IMG/VR virus record: IMGVR_UViG_3300017987_000001
Location: 143,858 to 207,857 of that record
Direction: 5' to 3' (one strand)
Length of the DNA: 64,000 nt
Part shown: one piece after another, positions 63,608 to 64,000 of the stretch
Position numbering within the stretch: the stretch's first letter is position 1
How the letters are laid out: every line of letters begins with the position of its first letter
Notes under the pieces: generated by a model
What the model was told of the DNA's origin: nothing
The model's database searches: none
What the model saw: only the letters and a program-made list of their open reading frames with translations
Translations under genes and position numbers: made by a program

Positions 63608-63757
63608 GTGAAGCAGGCACGACAAGAATTGACGAGTCAACCCCGTCAGGGTCAGCTGCTCTGCCACTGAGCTATACGCCCATCAATGGGCGCAGAAGGA
63701 TTCGAACCCCCGACCCGCTGATTATGATGTAGACCCGATCAGCATTCGTACCTACAC
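63608..63757 (-). ncRNA. Y-RNA-like element 6 with circularly permuted tRNA module (YrlA-like)
   Basis: AGGUACGA-AUG...; UCAGC; T arm with UUCGAAU; acceptor UGCGCCC/GGGCGUA closed by AUUGAU; D arm; GCUGA; ...CUUG-UCGUGCCU. Confidence 0.75.
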
Positions 63758-63773
63758 TCGATTGTCAAAGAGC

Positions 63774-63850
63774 TGGTGGATCCGCTCGGACTCGAACCGA
63801 GGACCGTCCGCTTATGAGGCGGATGCTCTAACCGACTGAGCTACGGATCC
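63774..63850 (-). tRNA. tRNA with CAU anticodon (Ile2 or elongator Met)
   Basis: TCCGC-CTCATAA-GCGGA; CCA. Confidence 0.9.
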
Positions 63851-63852
63851 AC

Positions 63853-63927
63853 TGGAGGGCCGGACTGGATTCAAACGAGCATAAGCACGATCTGCAGTCG
63901 TGCGCCTAGTCGTTCGGCCACCGACCC
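63853..63927 (-). tRNA. tRNA-Cys(GCA), weak T stem
   Basis: CACGA-CTGCAGA-TCGTG; U73; T stem GCTCG/CCAGT mispaired; CCA. Confidence 0.72.
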
Positions 63928-64000
63928 TCTTGAATCTCCTTCCAGTCCTTCTCGGACTGTTCCATGTCGATGATCTCGCGGAGGAAGAACTTCCCCATCC
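63906..64000 (-). CDS. 3' end of a CDS overlapping tRNA-Cys (partial)
   Basis: ...MGKFFLREIIDMEQSEKDWKEIQEGRWPND*; TAG inside the tRNA D arm. Confidence 0.4.
   Translation of the reverse strand, partial: MGKFFLREIIDMEQSEKDWKEIQEGRWPND

Noticed and set aside
62704-63757. HDV-like (theta) or other self-cleaving ribozymes, suggested by CGAAUG
   Set aside because: CGAAUG lies at the 5' end of each element inside a terminal helix, and I could not build the nested double pseudoknot.
63185-63757. Two-piece tmRNA or group I/II intron
   Set aside because: Full D stems, no G3-U70, no CCA, no tag ORF and no intron core; the elements are too short.
1-64000. Many long plus-strand ORFs in the track (e.g. 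436-1224, 14082-15524, 35325-36683, 41219-42691)
   Set aside because: Antisense shadows of GC-rich minus-strand genes; no recognisable motifs or RBS.
1-64000. Genome-wide amber (TAG) recoding
   Set aside because: Conserved enzymes are uninterrupted, and TAG stops are tightly coupled to out-of-frame downstream starts.
1-64000. CRISPR array, or a short-period guide-repeat array for the RAMP gene
   Set aside because: No regularly spaced direct repeats found. The Y-like elements are structurally conserved, not identical repeats.

Overview
This window is part of a large (jumbo-type), GC-rich tailed-phage genome. Almost everything is encoded on the minus strand. Layout by coordinate: (1) <1-1959, a LigD-type 3'-phosphoesterase fused to an ATP-dependent DNA ligase, running off the window edge and absent from the ORF track; (2) 2.0-14.0 kb, a 14-gene glycan synthesis and decoration cluster (UDP-sugar dehydrogenase, epimerase, GDP-fucose synthase-like enzyme, five GT-like proteins, five methyltransferases, one sulfotransferase); (3) a probable portal gene carrying a LAGLIDADG intein that ends in Gln; (4) 17-39 kb, small accessory genes plus an isolated amber-suppressor (CUA) tRNA; (5) 40-51 kb, a replication module (RecA-like, SSB-like, UDG-domain PolA, primase, DnaB-like, SF2 helicase) next to a stand-alone RAMP/Cas7-like gene; (6) 51.5-64 kb, an array of 32 more tRNAs interleaved with HNH, radical SAM, MazG-like and pncA-pncB-nadE genes. 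Main unexpected signals: six copies of a Y-RNA-like structured RNA at 62.7-63.8 kb, two containing a circularly permuted tRNA module; a dispersed palindrome TTGNACGCGTNCAA (7 exact copies, 1 near copy); and several CDSs whose UAG stop lies inside the next tRNA. All calls come from motif recognition and hand base-pairing; no database search was run.
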